This document shows positions 21,013 through 33,413 of a DNA stretch of 64,000 nt, one piece after another; within the stretch, counting starts at the first letter, position 1; each line of letters starts with the position of its first letter. The notes under the pieces are model-generated. The model was given only the letters and a program-made list of their open reading frames with translations. It did no database searches and had not been told where the DNA came from. Source of the DNA: Azolla caroliniana (Eukaryota; Plantae; Polypodiophyta); assembly GCA_043228905.1 (NCBI GenBank), contig JBHGNT010000014.1, positions 1,922,001-1,986,000 of the forward strand, in the 5' to 3' direction. The position numbers and the translations under genes are program-made.

Positions 21013-23649
21013 ATGAAAGTGGTAACATGGAATGTGAGAGGGACATGTTCTCCTCATAAGAAGTATATACTATGGGAAACTTTGTTAAGTAGAGAATGGG
21101 ATGTAGTATGTGCAGTTGAGCATAAGTGTCACGAGTTAGCAGGATCCACAGTGCATTTGCGTGGATATTCATCATTTTATGCAGGACATCTTAATAATCA
21201 TTATTCAGGTGTGGTATTAATCGTGAGGGATAAGTATTATCCTCAAGTGGTGCATAATGATCCTTATGGTCCGTTTTTGGTTCTAGAAATCACTTTTTTT
21301 GGCGAGGTTGTGTGGGTGGTTAGGATTTATGCCCCTAACCAAGCCACTCAATGTATTGCATTATGGGCTTCACTCCTTCAAACCCTATCTATTGGAAGTC
21401 CAGGATTACTTATGGGCGATTTTAACATTTGTGTTGATGCATTTCAATCCACGTCTGAACATTCAATCATGGATGATCCTGAGCAACTTGCTTGGGACTC
21501 ATTGGCTATGGAGGTTCTGAAGTTGGATGTTTGGACATGGTTGCAAGGGAATGATCCAGGTTTTACCTTCCAATCTGCTCAACATAGACAAACATGGAGT
21601 CGATTAGATAGAATGTATGTGATGCATGATGATTCTTTTTTACCGACATCACTTCGTATGAATGTTCTACAAGATGTTGGAACTTCATATCACTTTCCTA
21701 TTTTCTTGGAGGTGTGTAATCATGCAATTGACATGTATAAATCTTTACTTGGAAAGCCTCCACTACGCTTTAACTCTTCTCTTTTGCTTCAACCTCACTT
21801 TGATTCTCTCATGGAGCAATTTTTGGTAAATTTTTCTCAACAAGTGAATCTTAAAGGAGTTAAAGCATGGGATATCACATTACGAAACATTAACATCATT
21901 CATCGTATGTATGGAGTAACCAATGCTCAACGAAGAAGAGGTCTTATTCGACAATTCTCACAAGTTCTCTCTAGGTGTAATGCATTATTGATACATACAC
22001 CATTAGATGAGGAGCTTTTGGATATTCAAAGTCAATTGCATGTTATTATTTCTCAGTTGCAATGCCAAAGTTATCGTTATGCTAAGATGCGACAACTCGG
22101 GGAAGGACTCATTGATAATCAATGTCAATCTCATTTGTTTTTCCAAGCATTACATCCTACTTATGCTCGATCTAAGGTGGTACATGTGAAGCAAGGGGAT
22201 GAATTGATAGTGGATCCTACAACAATAATTGACATATGTCTTCATTACTTTAAGGAGTTGATTGGTCCACAATTGTTAATGACAAATGAGGTAAGTAGAG
22301 CACGTCATGAGTTTTATGATGTGGTTGGATGTATTGTGCATGATCTCATTAGTCATGAATTGGATGCGGATTTCACTGAGGATGAGGTGGATGTAGTTTT
22401 AAGGCATCTTCCTAGTGGTAAGAGCCCTAGTTGGGATGGCTTGACAAATGAAGTTTTTAAGAGATATTCCAACATTTTAAAGGGTCCCTTGACTTTGATG
22501 TTTCAACCGTCTTGGGATTCTGATTGTATGCCTCAAGCTTGGAAGATTGGTCTAATTAAACTAGTTCCAAAGGTGGCATCTCCTGGGTCATTTCATCAAT
22601 GGAGACCTATTTCTTTGATGGGGGGGTTGTACAAGATATTTACGAAGGTCTTGGCAAATAGATTACAAAAGTATTTGCCAAAGTTGATACACCCTGCCCA
22701 ATATGGTTTTATTGCAGGTAGAAATATATTGCATAATGTGTTGAATGTTCAAATGGCCATGGATTATGCTCGGAACACTCATCAAGAATTGATTATGGTG
22801 CAATTAGAGTTGGAGAAAGCTTATGATCATGTTAATTGGTCTTTTGTTTCTCGGTTAATGCATACAATGGGCTTTAGACCTCGTATGTCTCGCCTCATAT
22901 TTTTATTAGGACAAGATGCAGTGTCTCGAGTAATGCTTAATGGGGGAGTTACATCAGATATTGCCCTCACAAGATCCATTCGTCAAGGATGCCCTCTTAG
23001 CCCATTGTTGTTTGCTATTGTTACTCATCCTTTGTTAGTGATGCTATCAAGACTTGCAATAAATGGTGACATTGTGGGTTTATACCTTCCGTCCGGAGGG
23101 CAAATAGTAGCACAAGCTTTGGCGGATGATTCTTTCATGTTTTTACAAGCCTCACGAGAGAATCTTGAGAAGGGGGTGCTTGTATGGAATCAATTTGCAT
23201 TGGATTCCGGATTACATATTAATTGGAGGAAGTCTAGTCTCATATCATGCACTGAAAGGGATTTGGAATGTTTAGGATGGCAAGGATCCGTGGTGAAGAA
23301 AGGCTCTATTTTTCAACACTTGGGCTATCCATTAGGAATGAATGTTATAAATGGTCAATTGATTGAATGGATGTCTAGTAAGTTGAGGGATAAGTTCATG
23401 TATTGGAAGTCACAATCTTGGCCATTTAATGTTCGCTTGAAGGTTGTACAATGTATTATGGAACCCATGATATTATATTACTTGCCATTATTGCCATGGA
23501 CAAAGAAGGCGTTGAATTCTGTTTTGCAACCTCTTCGATATTTGTTGTGGAAGAAGAGGGATAAGATGGGAATCACATGGATTTCTTGGAATCATCTAGC
23601 AACCCCTAAGCGATTGGGGGGGGGGGGGGGGGGGGGGTTGGAATATTGA
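21013..23649 (+). CDS. LINE ORF2, AP-endonuclease plus reverse transcriptase (frameshifted at a poly-G; likely non-functional)
   Basis: 878-aa ORF: TWNVRG, GDFN, SRLDR, WRPISL, QYGF..GR, EKAYD, RQGCPLSP, LADD. Confidence 0.92.
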   Translation: MKVVTWNVRGTCSPHKKYILWETLLSREWDVVCAVEHKCHELAGSTVHLRGYSSFYAGHLNNHYSGVVLIVRDKYYPQVVHNDPYGPFLVLEITFFGEVVWVVRIYAPNQATQCIALWASLLQTLSIGSPGLLMGDFNICVDAFQSTSEHSIMDDPEQLAWDSLAMEVLKLDVWTWLQGNDPGFTFQSAQHRQTWSRLDRMYVMHDDSFLPTSLRMNVLQDVGTSYHFPIFLEVCNHAIDMYKSLLGKPPLRFNSSLLLQPHFDSLMEQFLVNFSQQVNLKGVKAWDITLRNINIIHRMYGVTNAQRRRGLIRQFSQVLSRCNALLIHTPLDEELLDIQSQLHVIISQLQCQSYRYAKMRQLGEGLIDNQCQSHLFFQALHPTYARSKVVHVKQGDELIVDPTTIIDICLHYFKELIGPQLLMTNEVSRARHEFYDVVGCIVHDLISHELDADFTEDEVDVVLRHLPSGKSPSWDGLTNEVFKRYSNILKGPLTLMFQPSWDSDCMPQAWKIGLIKLVPKVASPGSFHQWRPISLMGGLYKIFTKVLANRLQKYLPKLIHPAQYGFIAGRNILHNVLNVQMAMDYARNTHQELIMVQLELEKAYDHVNWSFVSRLMHTMGFRPRMSRLIFLLGQDAVSRVMLNGGVTSDIALTRSIRQGCPLSPLLFAIVTHPLLVMLSRLAINGDIVGLYLPSGGQIVAQALADDSFMFLQASRENLEKGVLVWNQFALDSGLHINWRKSSLISCTERDLECLGWQGSVVKKGSIFQHLGYPLGMNVINGQLIEWMSSKLRDKFMYWKSQSWPFNVRLKVVQCIMEPMILYYLPLLPWTKKALNSVLQPLRYLLWKKRDKMGITWISWNHLATPKRLGGGGGGGLEY

Positions 23650-24193
23650 ACTTATCTATGCATATGATGGCTCGTAGATTTTCATTATTACAAGACATGT
23701 GTTCAAACTCACAACCATGGATATCTATTGTTCGATATTTCATTGAGAACAAGGGTTTAACACATGGATGGGAGGACAATGATTAAGGCTTCATGGTGGC
23801 AATTACTGAATGGATGTATTTCACTTAGGATTCCGGGTTCTTCATGTGTTCAACACTTAGTTACCTCATGGAAAGAAGCACTCTTGTTATGTGTATGGAA
23901 ACCATCATCTAGTAGAGAGCATTGTAACTCTTTGCAAAAAGAGTTACTTGTGTCTTCTCGGTTATTATGTTGGCCATGAAAGGAGAGATTTCATTCTCAA
24001 TTTAATCGTTTGTTTCATTTGGGGGTCAAAGAGGTGGGAGATATAGTTGAGGTTCCATCTCAAAGAATTTTGGAGTTTACTGAAGCACGACAATTATTAC
24101 GCATCCCGCCTAATTATGGGTTTATTTGGCAACAACTACAGAATATTGCATTGATGCAAGGTCCCTTACCTCTACAAATAGGAGAACAACCGT

Positions 24194-24838
24194 TGTCGCG
24201 AAGATTCGCGCGTGCGTGTGCTACTCGAGCGACCACCGGGGTCTTGGACTGGGGAGGATGTTTGCAGAATTATCGAAGAGATGACGATCAATGTAAGATT
24301 AGATGAAATTGGTTTACTTGAGAAGAAGAAAGATTGTACACTTGAGAAGTAGAAAAATATGAAGAAGATAAAGACAAATATAATTATATTGATGATATGG
24401 TGTTGGTGATATCACATATTGAGCCCCCCTTACACAAGTTCAAGTGGAGGCTTTTATAGGTCTTTCCATGCTTGTGACATGCACAAAACCATGGGCTAAA
24501 ACCATGGTTTTGTGCACATGTTTTGCTTATGTCATGCACAAACCATGGGTTTAGAACCATGGTTTTGTGCACATGGTTTTCTAATGGTTGTTTCATCTAT
24601 AATTCATATATGAAAAGTAAATACATAAAATCTACACTATATGATAGTTGTCCTAGTGGTAAGGCAATTATCTTGTATCTTAGAGGTGCAAGGTTAAACC
24701 TTGCTTGCACCCCTCTGTATGAACTCAAGTGCCACTAGGCCTTAGGAGGCTTATTTGCTAAGTGTATGTGCAATGTTGCACATCCTTGGTTTATTCGTCT
24801 CACTCAGTTTCACACCATAGCTGAAAATCGTCACGACA
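24194..24838 (-). mobile_element. Solo LTR (645 bp) inside the LINE
   Basis: Termini tgtcgcga...tcacgaca; 4-bp TSD ccgt; removing it restores the LINE frame GEQPWIDW; cctataaaag on minus strand. Confidence 0.85.
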
Positions 24839-25599
24839 CCGTGGATTGATTGGAGTTTAAGGGGTCAAACACCATTGTTACAAGTGACTACTAATCTTTT
24901 GTATCATTGTTCCGTTGAGTCTCTTGGATGGTTATCATCTAAGGCTGAAGAAGAATGGAAAATACACAAATCTGATCATGGGTGGTGGCAGTACAACGTA
25001 GTTCGCATTCTAAATTGCCACTTGTTGCAAAGGTATTCATTTGGAGAGTTTTGATCGGAGGATTGCCTTTGGGATTAGCTTTAAAGCGTCGTGGACTAGC
25101 AATGGGTACCTGCTTCTTTTGCACAGTTCAAATAGAAGATAGTACTCATCGATTTATACAATGTCCAATTGCTTGTCCAATTTGGAGTTACATTTCTCAA
25201 ATTTGGCAAGTTTTATCACGGAGTTATTTGACACCTAGACAATGGGTGTTTGCACAATTTACATAGGCTGACCCAAAATTAGAGATGGAGATTGTTTTCC
25301 TATTTCTAAGATATTAGGGATTGCGTCATAATTGGAACATGCGCAACGCTTTTGTATTCGATGGTTGACATGGAGTGAAAGCATATCTACGAAAGTTGAA
25401 GGGAGTACTAATGTGGCAATTTTCTTTATTGGAACAAGTGGAAATTCTTTCCTCGGTGGAGTGTTCATCTTGCCTATTGGCAATTCAACATGTTCCACTA
25501 CCCATGTAGTGTAGTGTGTGACCATACTCCATTGTCACACGTATTGTAAGTAGTGTTTTTCACACACATTTATTAATATAATTGTGTGTTTTCACCAAA

Positions 25600-26462
25600 G
25601 AGAGAGAGAGAGAGAGCGAGAGAAGGGGAGCTCGGCACTCGACCCGACAACACTTCGTCCTCCCAAAACGTGGATCCCTAACACAGTCTCAAACCTCCCC
25701 ATTTATAGGGCAAGGGGAGGCCGTTACATCACCCATAAAGCCATATGCTTTCAGGTAGAGATTTCCCCTCGATTTCCTCCATCAGATATTATTATTATTA
25801 TCCATTTGTGTGGCCTTAAAGTACCTATCGAGTCACTCCTACCTAGTATTCCTCAACACCTAACTAATCACTATGCTATTTCACATGTTTGTTCATAAAG
25901 ACATATTTCGTGTGCATTAATGCACACACTAGTTTACGCGCATCCGGCCCCTTTTCTCCTTGTAGCCGGAATTTCCCACGACAGCGGACGAGAACGAGAA
26001 GCTGGATGAAGACCGGATTGGCGACGACTCGAAAGAGGATGAGTGAAGAACGAGTCAGAATCCCCACCACTTCACTACTTGGCACATGCTAGAGGATGTG
26101 TGGTTTGGTGGCGGTGGATGTCGTGGGAGATTCCGACTACTAGGAGAAAGGGAGCCAGAGAGCACGTGAACGTGGGAGTGCACGGATGCACACGAAATAG
26201 GTCTTTATGTACAAAACACATGTAGATAACATAGGACTAGAAAGTACTAGGTAGTAGGGTTTGATGGGTACTTTAATGTCCCATGAAAGGAGAAGAATAA
26301 AGCATTTGCAGGGGAGGAAACCGAGGGAGAATCGTTGACAAAATCGGTTATCTTAAACATGATATTATGGCATCCCCTTTGTGCTATAAAAGGGGAGGCT
26401 TTGAGACTGTTTGGGGGGGATCCACGACTTTGGAAGAGGAAGTGTTGTCGGTTTGAGTTTCC

Positions 26463-26531
<69 letters not shown>

Positions 26532-27024
26532 GCACCCTGTGCTGATTCGGGGAAGAAGGTTAAGCCTCTGCTCATGCAGGAAGCCCCTGAGCTCCCGACC
26601 AGAGGTTCATCGTTCTGTGTGTGTGGGGTGTGCGTAGTTCGAAGCACTATTGCCGGTCTATTCAGGTTGTAATCTTTCTTTCTCTGATAATCTTTTGTGT
26701 TTTGAGTCTCTCCCCGTGTTTGTGTTTGTGTTTCGTGTTCTTGTTACTGATAAACTCATGTTGAGTTTGCATATCCGTGCGAGTGAGCCCGTGAGCTCAT
26801 CAATGCCATCCGGCGACCGATCTATATTAGTTAACGTTCCGGATCCCGTGAGCTCATCATCTGACATCAGAAAATCGTTCTGGATCGGATACGTGACTGG
26901 AAAACAAATCTGGAGAAGCTAACCAGACCTCGATCCGAACCACCTTCCTCACTTATCGGCTCCTTGGTCCATGACCCCGGTGGTCACACCCCATCTCTAC
27001 ACATCCACACAGATTCCCGCGACA
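25600..27024. repeat. Two related LTR sequences in opposite orientation (a minus copy from ~27024, interrupted by a plus copy starting tgtagccgg at 25961)
   Basis: Diverged inverted homology between ~25760-25930 and ~26175-26335; TATA boxes at ~25703 (-) and ~26384 (+), each followed by (CT)n; internal boundary unresolved. Confidence 0.65.
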
Positions 27025-27773
27025 ACGGTTCCGACTTCGTTTGTTTCGAGGATGAATATCCTCCCTTCTTGACGCCCTTGTGAGATGACTTTGCTCTCTT
27101 CTTCGATGAAACATCTGAGCTGTGTGAACTGAACCTACATTCCCTGGTCGACAATTTGTCCGACCAACACCAGGTTCTTCGTGATTGTCGAGATGTGCAA
27201 GACGTTCATCAACTTCCCTTTTGTTCGACGTGGTTCAAGGGAACTTCACCGACACATTCGATGGTATGTGGGGTGTCGTCACCGGTTTTGACGACCCCCG
27301 GTTGTTCGATTTTCTCCATATACAAGAACCATTCCTTGTGGCTCGTCATATGGTTTGATGCTCCGGAATCAACATACCATACCTCGTTCGGTTTCAAGGT
27401 TCTTGTCTTCATTGAATTAGCCTTGTGCTTCATCACAAAGGCTAGGCCCAATTCATTTTCGGCTCCTCCTGAGCCTTCGGCATAGTGCGATCTTTGACGC
27501 TTGTCGACATCACCCCTGCTCAATCTAGGTTTGTCCGAATTAGAGCACTTCTTCCAACACTCACTCTCTCTATGGCCCTTCTGACCACAATACCAACATT
27601 CCGTTTTGGCCTTTGCTTGCCGGTTTTCGGCGCTGCCTTGACTCCCCTTGTTTCTGGAGGGTTTGGAATTGTTGTCGGCATTTCGATATGCCTTAAATGG
27701 TTTTCCTCCTGTCATCCGCCTCCATTGTGTGTCGACCCACCTCGTCCACCACCCACCATGTGTACACCATCTT

Positions 27774-28213
27774 GATGTCAGTGTGTGTACTTGTCGACGC
27801 ACCCACATGATTCTCCTCTACAAGGAGCATTGTTTGTAAGTCAAAAAACGAAGGTGTATTCTCCCTTATGCAGACCACCTTTCAGAATGCTCGAACTTCG
27901 ATGCCAAACCCCCGAGGCAGACTTGCACCATCTCATCCTCCTCGACGGTCACGTTGATGGAGGCAAGGGGTTTGTAGATCTTCTTAATCCGGGGATGTCA
28001 TTGTGTGTACTCGTCGACGCACCCGCATGATTCTCCTCTACAAGGAGCATTGACTGTAAGTCAAAAAACGAAGGCGCATTCTCCCTTGTGCAGACCGCCT
28101 TTCAGAATGCTCGAACTTTGACGCCAAACCCCGGAGGCAGACTTGCACCATCTCATCCTCCTCAACGGTCATGTTGATGGAGGCAAGGGGGTTGTAGATC
28201 TTCTTGATCCGGG
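27774..28213. repeat. 220-bp tandem duplication inside gag
   Basis: gatgtca.tgtgtgtact...gtagatcttctt.atccggg at 27774-27993 and 27994-28213. Confidence 0.9.
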
Positions 28214-29717
28214 TTGTATAGTCGGCCACTGACATGTCTTTCTGTCGGACGTTGCTCAACTCCTGTCTGAGTTGCAACTTCCGGGTCGTGGTGCTTGTAG
28301 CAAAAACCCTTTTCAGGTTTGTCCATGCTTCGTTTGGCGTCTTGGTGTCCCGGATGTGGCTAGGTAGTTGATCACCGACACTAGACACGAACTAGTACAT
28401 TGCTTGCCATTTGTTCCAAGCCAGAAAGTCCCTGTGTGTCGCATTCGGTGCTACATCATTAGCTCCGTCGACATAACTCCAGTATCCATGTTGTCAAAGT
28501 AAATGTGCGGAAGCATTTGACAAACCGGCTCAGCCTAATAGCAACAATAAAGAGAAGAAGGTTTAATGGAAGCTTAACACAGAGAATAAGCATACACAGG
28601 AGAGACACACATAGAGAGAAAGAGAGAGCAGAACGTAAAACTCTATTCAAAATAATACTCTCAATATTCTGTGTACATAGAATGTGCTCAGAAAGCACTT
28701 TTACACAAGTCCATAAAGGACTGATAGGTACTTCAATGCTCATACGCGCGACTGTCACTAACTCCCAAAAATATGCCTACGTACTAGGCTGGATCCATAG
28801 GCCTCTAACGGCCTACCGGTTTCATTCCGATCCGGCTCTCCGATCCAGCTCCTGGTTCCAGATATCATCTGGACACCAATCCGACTCTGGCTTATTCAGC
28901 GGATCCGGATCCGGTTGAGCTTGCTCACTCAACACTCCCCCTCAAGCTCAACTTGAGGTCGAATTGTGGTGTTAGTGTTTGCAGTGGCCGGTCCTTTCCT
29001 CCGGCTCCTTCTGACGTCCAGTCCGGTACTGTGCACCCTGACCTCCTTGGTCGGCTTGACTATTCAACAGGCCCATTTCAGCTCCTTCGTTGTTATGACT
29101 CTAGCGCTTTTCGATCCATCGGTTCCTGCGTGTCAGTGTCGACTTCCGCTGCCTTCTCGTCCGCTTGGCCTTTAGTTGATCCGGCTTCTCCGAATCTGGA
29201 ACCGAATCGGCTTCCTTCGATTCGTTCCAGCTCTTGTCCGAGTTGGTAGTCTCCAACTCGTCTTCCGTTTTTAGGCCCTTCACCACATCGGACCACATCT
29301 GGGTCTTGGCCTTCTTCCGGTCGGCTTTGTCCTTCTTGACTCTACCACCGTTCCCGCTTGCTCCGACTTGTTCGGATGTGCCGACTCCTTCGGTCGGCTC
29401 GGTTTCCTTTTTCTGCTTATCTCCCCCCTTAGTTCTTTCTTCCTCTCCGGCTCCTTGTCTGGTGCCATCTGTTCCCATTCCTGTTCTCCCCCTCAAGTGC
29501 AGCATATCGAGATGTTGTAGGCCAAGCATCTCTGAAAAATGTTGCAACTTGTCTGACCCGAGCGGCTTGGTGAAGATGCCAGCAACCTGACGATCCGTGT
29601 GAACATACCGAAGGTCAACTTCACCACTCAGGACCCGCTAACGAACAAAGTGATAATGCACTTCGATGTGCTTTGTCCGAGCATGGAACACTGGGTTCTT
29701 TGCGAGCTGTATGTTGC

Positions 29718-30881
29718 TCATGTTGTCACAGTGGATCGGGATCGGGGTCGGCACCTCGATCTGGAGGTCACCCAGCAGTCGCCAGATGGCTTCACAGGTG
29801 GCAATGGTAGCGCCCCGGTATTCAGCCTTAGTGATCGACAAAGCCACTGTGGCTGCTTTTTTTTGCTCCATGCAACAGCCGCGCTACCAAGAGAAAAAAT
29901 GTAACAGGAGGTGGATCGGAAATTCGATGCATCACCAGCCCAGTTGGCATCGGTATATCCAACTAGCTTCCCAACTATACTGTGTTGGTATAATAGTCCC
30001 CGATCCTTCGTGCCGCTAACATACCGGAGTATCCGATGTGCGCAGTGAAGGTACTCGACGGTTGGCTTCTGCATGAAGTGGCTGATCACTCCAACCGAGT
30101 AACTGATGTCAGGTCGAGTGATTATAAAGTATATGAGGCTTCCGACAATTTGTCGAAACCGTTTCTCATCGCAAGCCGGGCCGGAGTCGAGACGTAGCTT
30201 CAGGTTCCGGTCCAAGGGTGTAGAGATCGGTCGGCATTTCGTCATGCCAAACTTGTACAACATATTCAACACATAATGGCGTTGTGAGAGCAATATGTCG
30301 TCGGGGGATCGGATCACCTTGATCCCAAGAAAATAATGAAGGTCCCCCAGGTCCTTCATTTCAAATTCGTCCGACAGTTGGGACTTCACTCGGCCGATTT
30401 CATTGAGTCCGGGTCCAGTGATGACTAAATCATCTGCATAAAACAAAATGCAAACCGGACCGTCTGGACCATTCCGGATGAACAACGAAGAGTCGGACTT
30501 AGAGGCCACAAACCCCATCTTACGCAACCGGTGCATGATCTTCGCATTCCAAGCTCGAGGGGCTTGCTTTAGACTGTAAAACAACTTTTTGAGTCGGCAC
30601 ATTGCCGACTTGTTCATCTCCGATTGGACATCGGGGGGTTGGATCATATAGACCCGTTCTTCAAGATCACCTTGAAGAAATGTATTCTTCACGTCCATTT
30701 GGTGAAGATGACATCCCCTTGCCGCAACAACAGCCAGTATCACGCAAACCATCGTCATCTTCGCTACCGGAGCGAAGGTCTCGTCATAGTCGATTCCATG
30801 GGTATGTGCGTATCCCTTCGCCACTAACTGGGCCTTGTACCGGTTGACCGAACCGTCAGCGTTGTACTTTACCTTGTACAC
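29718..30881 (-). pseudogene. copia RT / RNase H segment
   Basis: 387-aa ORF: YKAQLVAKGY, DYDETFAPVAK, HQMDVK, FYADD, GYTDANWAGD; frameshifted downstream. Confidence 0.92.
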
Positions 30882-32524
30882 CCATTTGCAACCGATTGGT
30901 TTGCACTGTCAGGGACGCTCAACGAGGTCCCATGTGTCGTTGGCATCTAGTGCTCATATTTCTTCCTCCATAGCGGCACACCAATTTGTGTCTTTTGTTG
31001 CTTCTGTATAGCTCTCCGGCTCACGCACTTCCGCCACCTTAGTCATGTATGCATAGTGATGCGCCATGTACTCATTGTACCCGTACCGCGTAATGGGGTT
31101 CTTCTGGTGGGAAGATTGGCATAACTTGTCATCACCCGGTTTGGGGCCCTTCTTGGCCTGTTTGAACTTCGTTCCCTAAGATCCGCCTTCATCCTTTCTG
31201 GAGTCGGATTCGCTCTGATCCAACTCAACGTTGCCAGTTTCGTATTCCGACATTTTCCGCTTCCATTTCTCTTTGCGCGTGAATCGTCTCCTCGGTTCCT
31301 TGTGCGGGGAGAGCACAACAGAGTCTCCACTCCTCACCGGTTCCTCATCCGACTGGTCACTTTGACCCAGTCGCTTGTTCGGTCCGCTCAACTGAAACGA
31401 TTCCGGACTCTCTTCTAGAGTCTCCAACTCGTCATCTTCTATCTGGACCGGTTCAGGCTCACTGGCCTCAACCTCCAGGATTGGGTCGGAGTCGAAAGTC
31501 AGAGTTGGTAGAGAGTACCACGATGCCGTCTCGTCGAACTCAACATCTTAGCTTACTCGGACCTGCTTCATCCAAGGGTTATAGCACTTATACTCCTTCT
31601 GCTCATGCAAGTAACCGACTAGGATGCATTTCTCCAACTTCGGATTTAGCTTCTTCCGCTTCTCATCCGGTACATGCACATATGCTATCCTACCGAATAT
31701 CCGAAGGTGTCTCAAATTGGGCTCATGTGCTAGCATCGTGTCTTCGATCCGGTTTTGGATGTAGACGGTCATCCAGACCGCCTCAGCCTAGTAGAATTGG
31801 GGCATGCTCTTCTCCTCCAACATTGCCCTTGCCGCGTCGATTATCGACCGGTTCTTTCACTCGGCCACACCGTTTTGTTCCGGTGTGCATCGGTAGCTGA
31901 ATTCTCTCCGAATTCCATTCTGCTGTAGATGACTGTTGAATTGGCCGAAAAAGTATTCTTTTCCGTCATCCGACCGTAGGCACTTGATCTTCCTCTCCGT
32001 TTCCCTTTCGACTAAACTTTGAAGGTTCTGGAAACAATCGAAGACTTCGCTTTTCTTCTCGATGAGGTAGATCCACACGTGCCGGCTGTAGTTGTCGATT
32101 AAGGAGACGAAATACCGACTCCCGCCAAGACTAACATTTTATGTCGGTCCCCATACATCCGAATGGATTAGGTCGAGCTTGTTATGGCTCCGGTTTCGTT
32201 GGGTGGGGAATGGAAGCCGGTGTTGCTTCCCGAGTTGGTAGGCTTCACAAACTTGGGCCTTTCGGCAAACCGAACACAACCTATTTCGATTGCAGGTTCT
32301 AAAGCCTCCGGTAATTGACGTGGCCAATCCACTTGTGCTAGAGATCGATGTCCGATTCAATCTTCTGTCCTTTGGCAAACATGGCGGTGCCGACGTCATT
32401 AGTGTTGAGGATGAACATCCTCCCTTCTCTACGCCCTTGCACAATTATCCGGCCTTCTTCCTCGATGAAGCACCCGAGGTGTGTAAAACGCACCTGCATC
32501 CCCTGGTCGACGATTTGTCCAATC

Positions 32525-33413
32525 TGTTGGAACTGCACGCTCCCTATATGCAACGCTCGGCCACAACCGAGCTTAGAATCATACACAGAAAAACGGGAAA
32601 TAATGGACGACACGAAGAAGAGACGAGTACGCAGGATGTTTACATGGAAAACCCAAACTAAGGGAAAAACCACGGCAGCCCACAGGCTGCAAACTATCAC
32701 TATGTTAGAATGTACAACAGTGAGTTCACGGAGGCAACGACCTCGTGCTCATGATCCTCGCCACAGGCGGTGGTTACAACAGAGGCAACGACCTCTTTCT
32801 CTCTCTCTCTCTCTCTGTACACAGTTACGCGCTCTCTCTCTCCTTGCACCAACAAGAATGACAACAACTACTACTAAAAGTTTGCCCTAAGTTATATTTA
32901 TACTAATATGACTTTTCGGCTATTTACAAATATAGCCATGATGGACTCTTAGAAACATATTTACGAATATGTCTCTTCATCCGGTGAACACTCCTCACCG
33001 AATCTGCACCATCCGGCTCTCCGTAGCCGGATACTCCTCATCCGGTTCTCACCGGGTCTGCACCATCCGGCTCTCCGTAGCCGGGTACTCCTCATCCGGT
33101 TCTCACCGGGTCTATACCATCCGGTTCTCCGTAGCCGAGTACTCCTCATCCGGTCTTCACCGGGTCTACACCATCCAGCTCTCCGTAGCCGGGTACTCCT
33201 CATCCGGTCTTCACCGGGTCTGCACCATTCAGCTCTCCGTAGCCGGGTACTCCTCATCCGGTTCTCACCGGGTTTGTACCATCCGGCTCTCCGTAGCCGG
33301 GTACTCCTCATCCAGTTCTCACCGGGTCTGTACCATCTGGCTCTCCGTAGCTGGGTACTCCTCATCCGGTTCTCACCGGGTCTGCACCATCAGGAGGGAC
33401 CTGTCTCCCAACA
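32525..33413 (-). mobile_element. Solo LTR (889 bp), same family as 6809-7696, with a 54-bp tandem array (~7.5 copies, ~32980-33392)
   Basis: Reverse complement of the 6809 LTR; perfect TSD caatc (32520-32524, 33414-33418); host pol reads across (KNLVSI / GQIVDQG). Confidence 0.95.

Larger units (their letters stand above)
20870..25599 (+). mobile_element. L1-clade LINE: end of ORF1 (stop 20999), ORF2 and 3' end; 5' part lost in the gap
   Basis: EN-RT ORF; downstream zf-RVT (KVFIWR, CFFC..EDSTHRFIQC near 25010-25190); ends at caccaaa next to a (GA)n tract. Confidence 0.9.

Noticed and set aside
20696-21175. ORFs spanning the N run
   Set aside because: Artefacts of the assembly gap joining unrelated elements.
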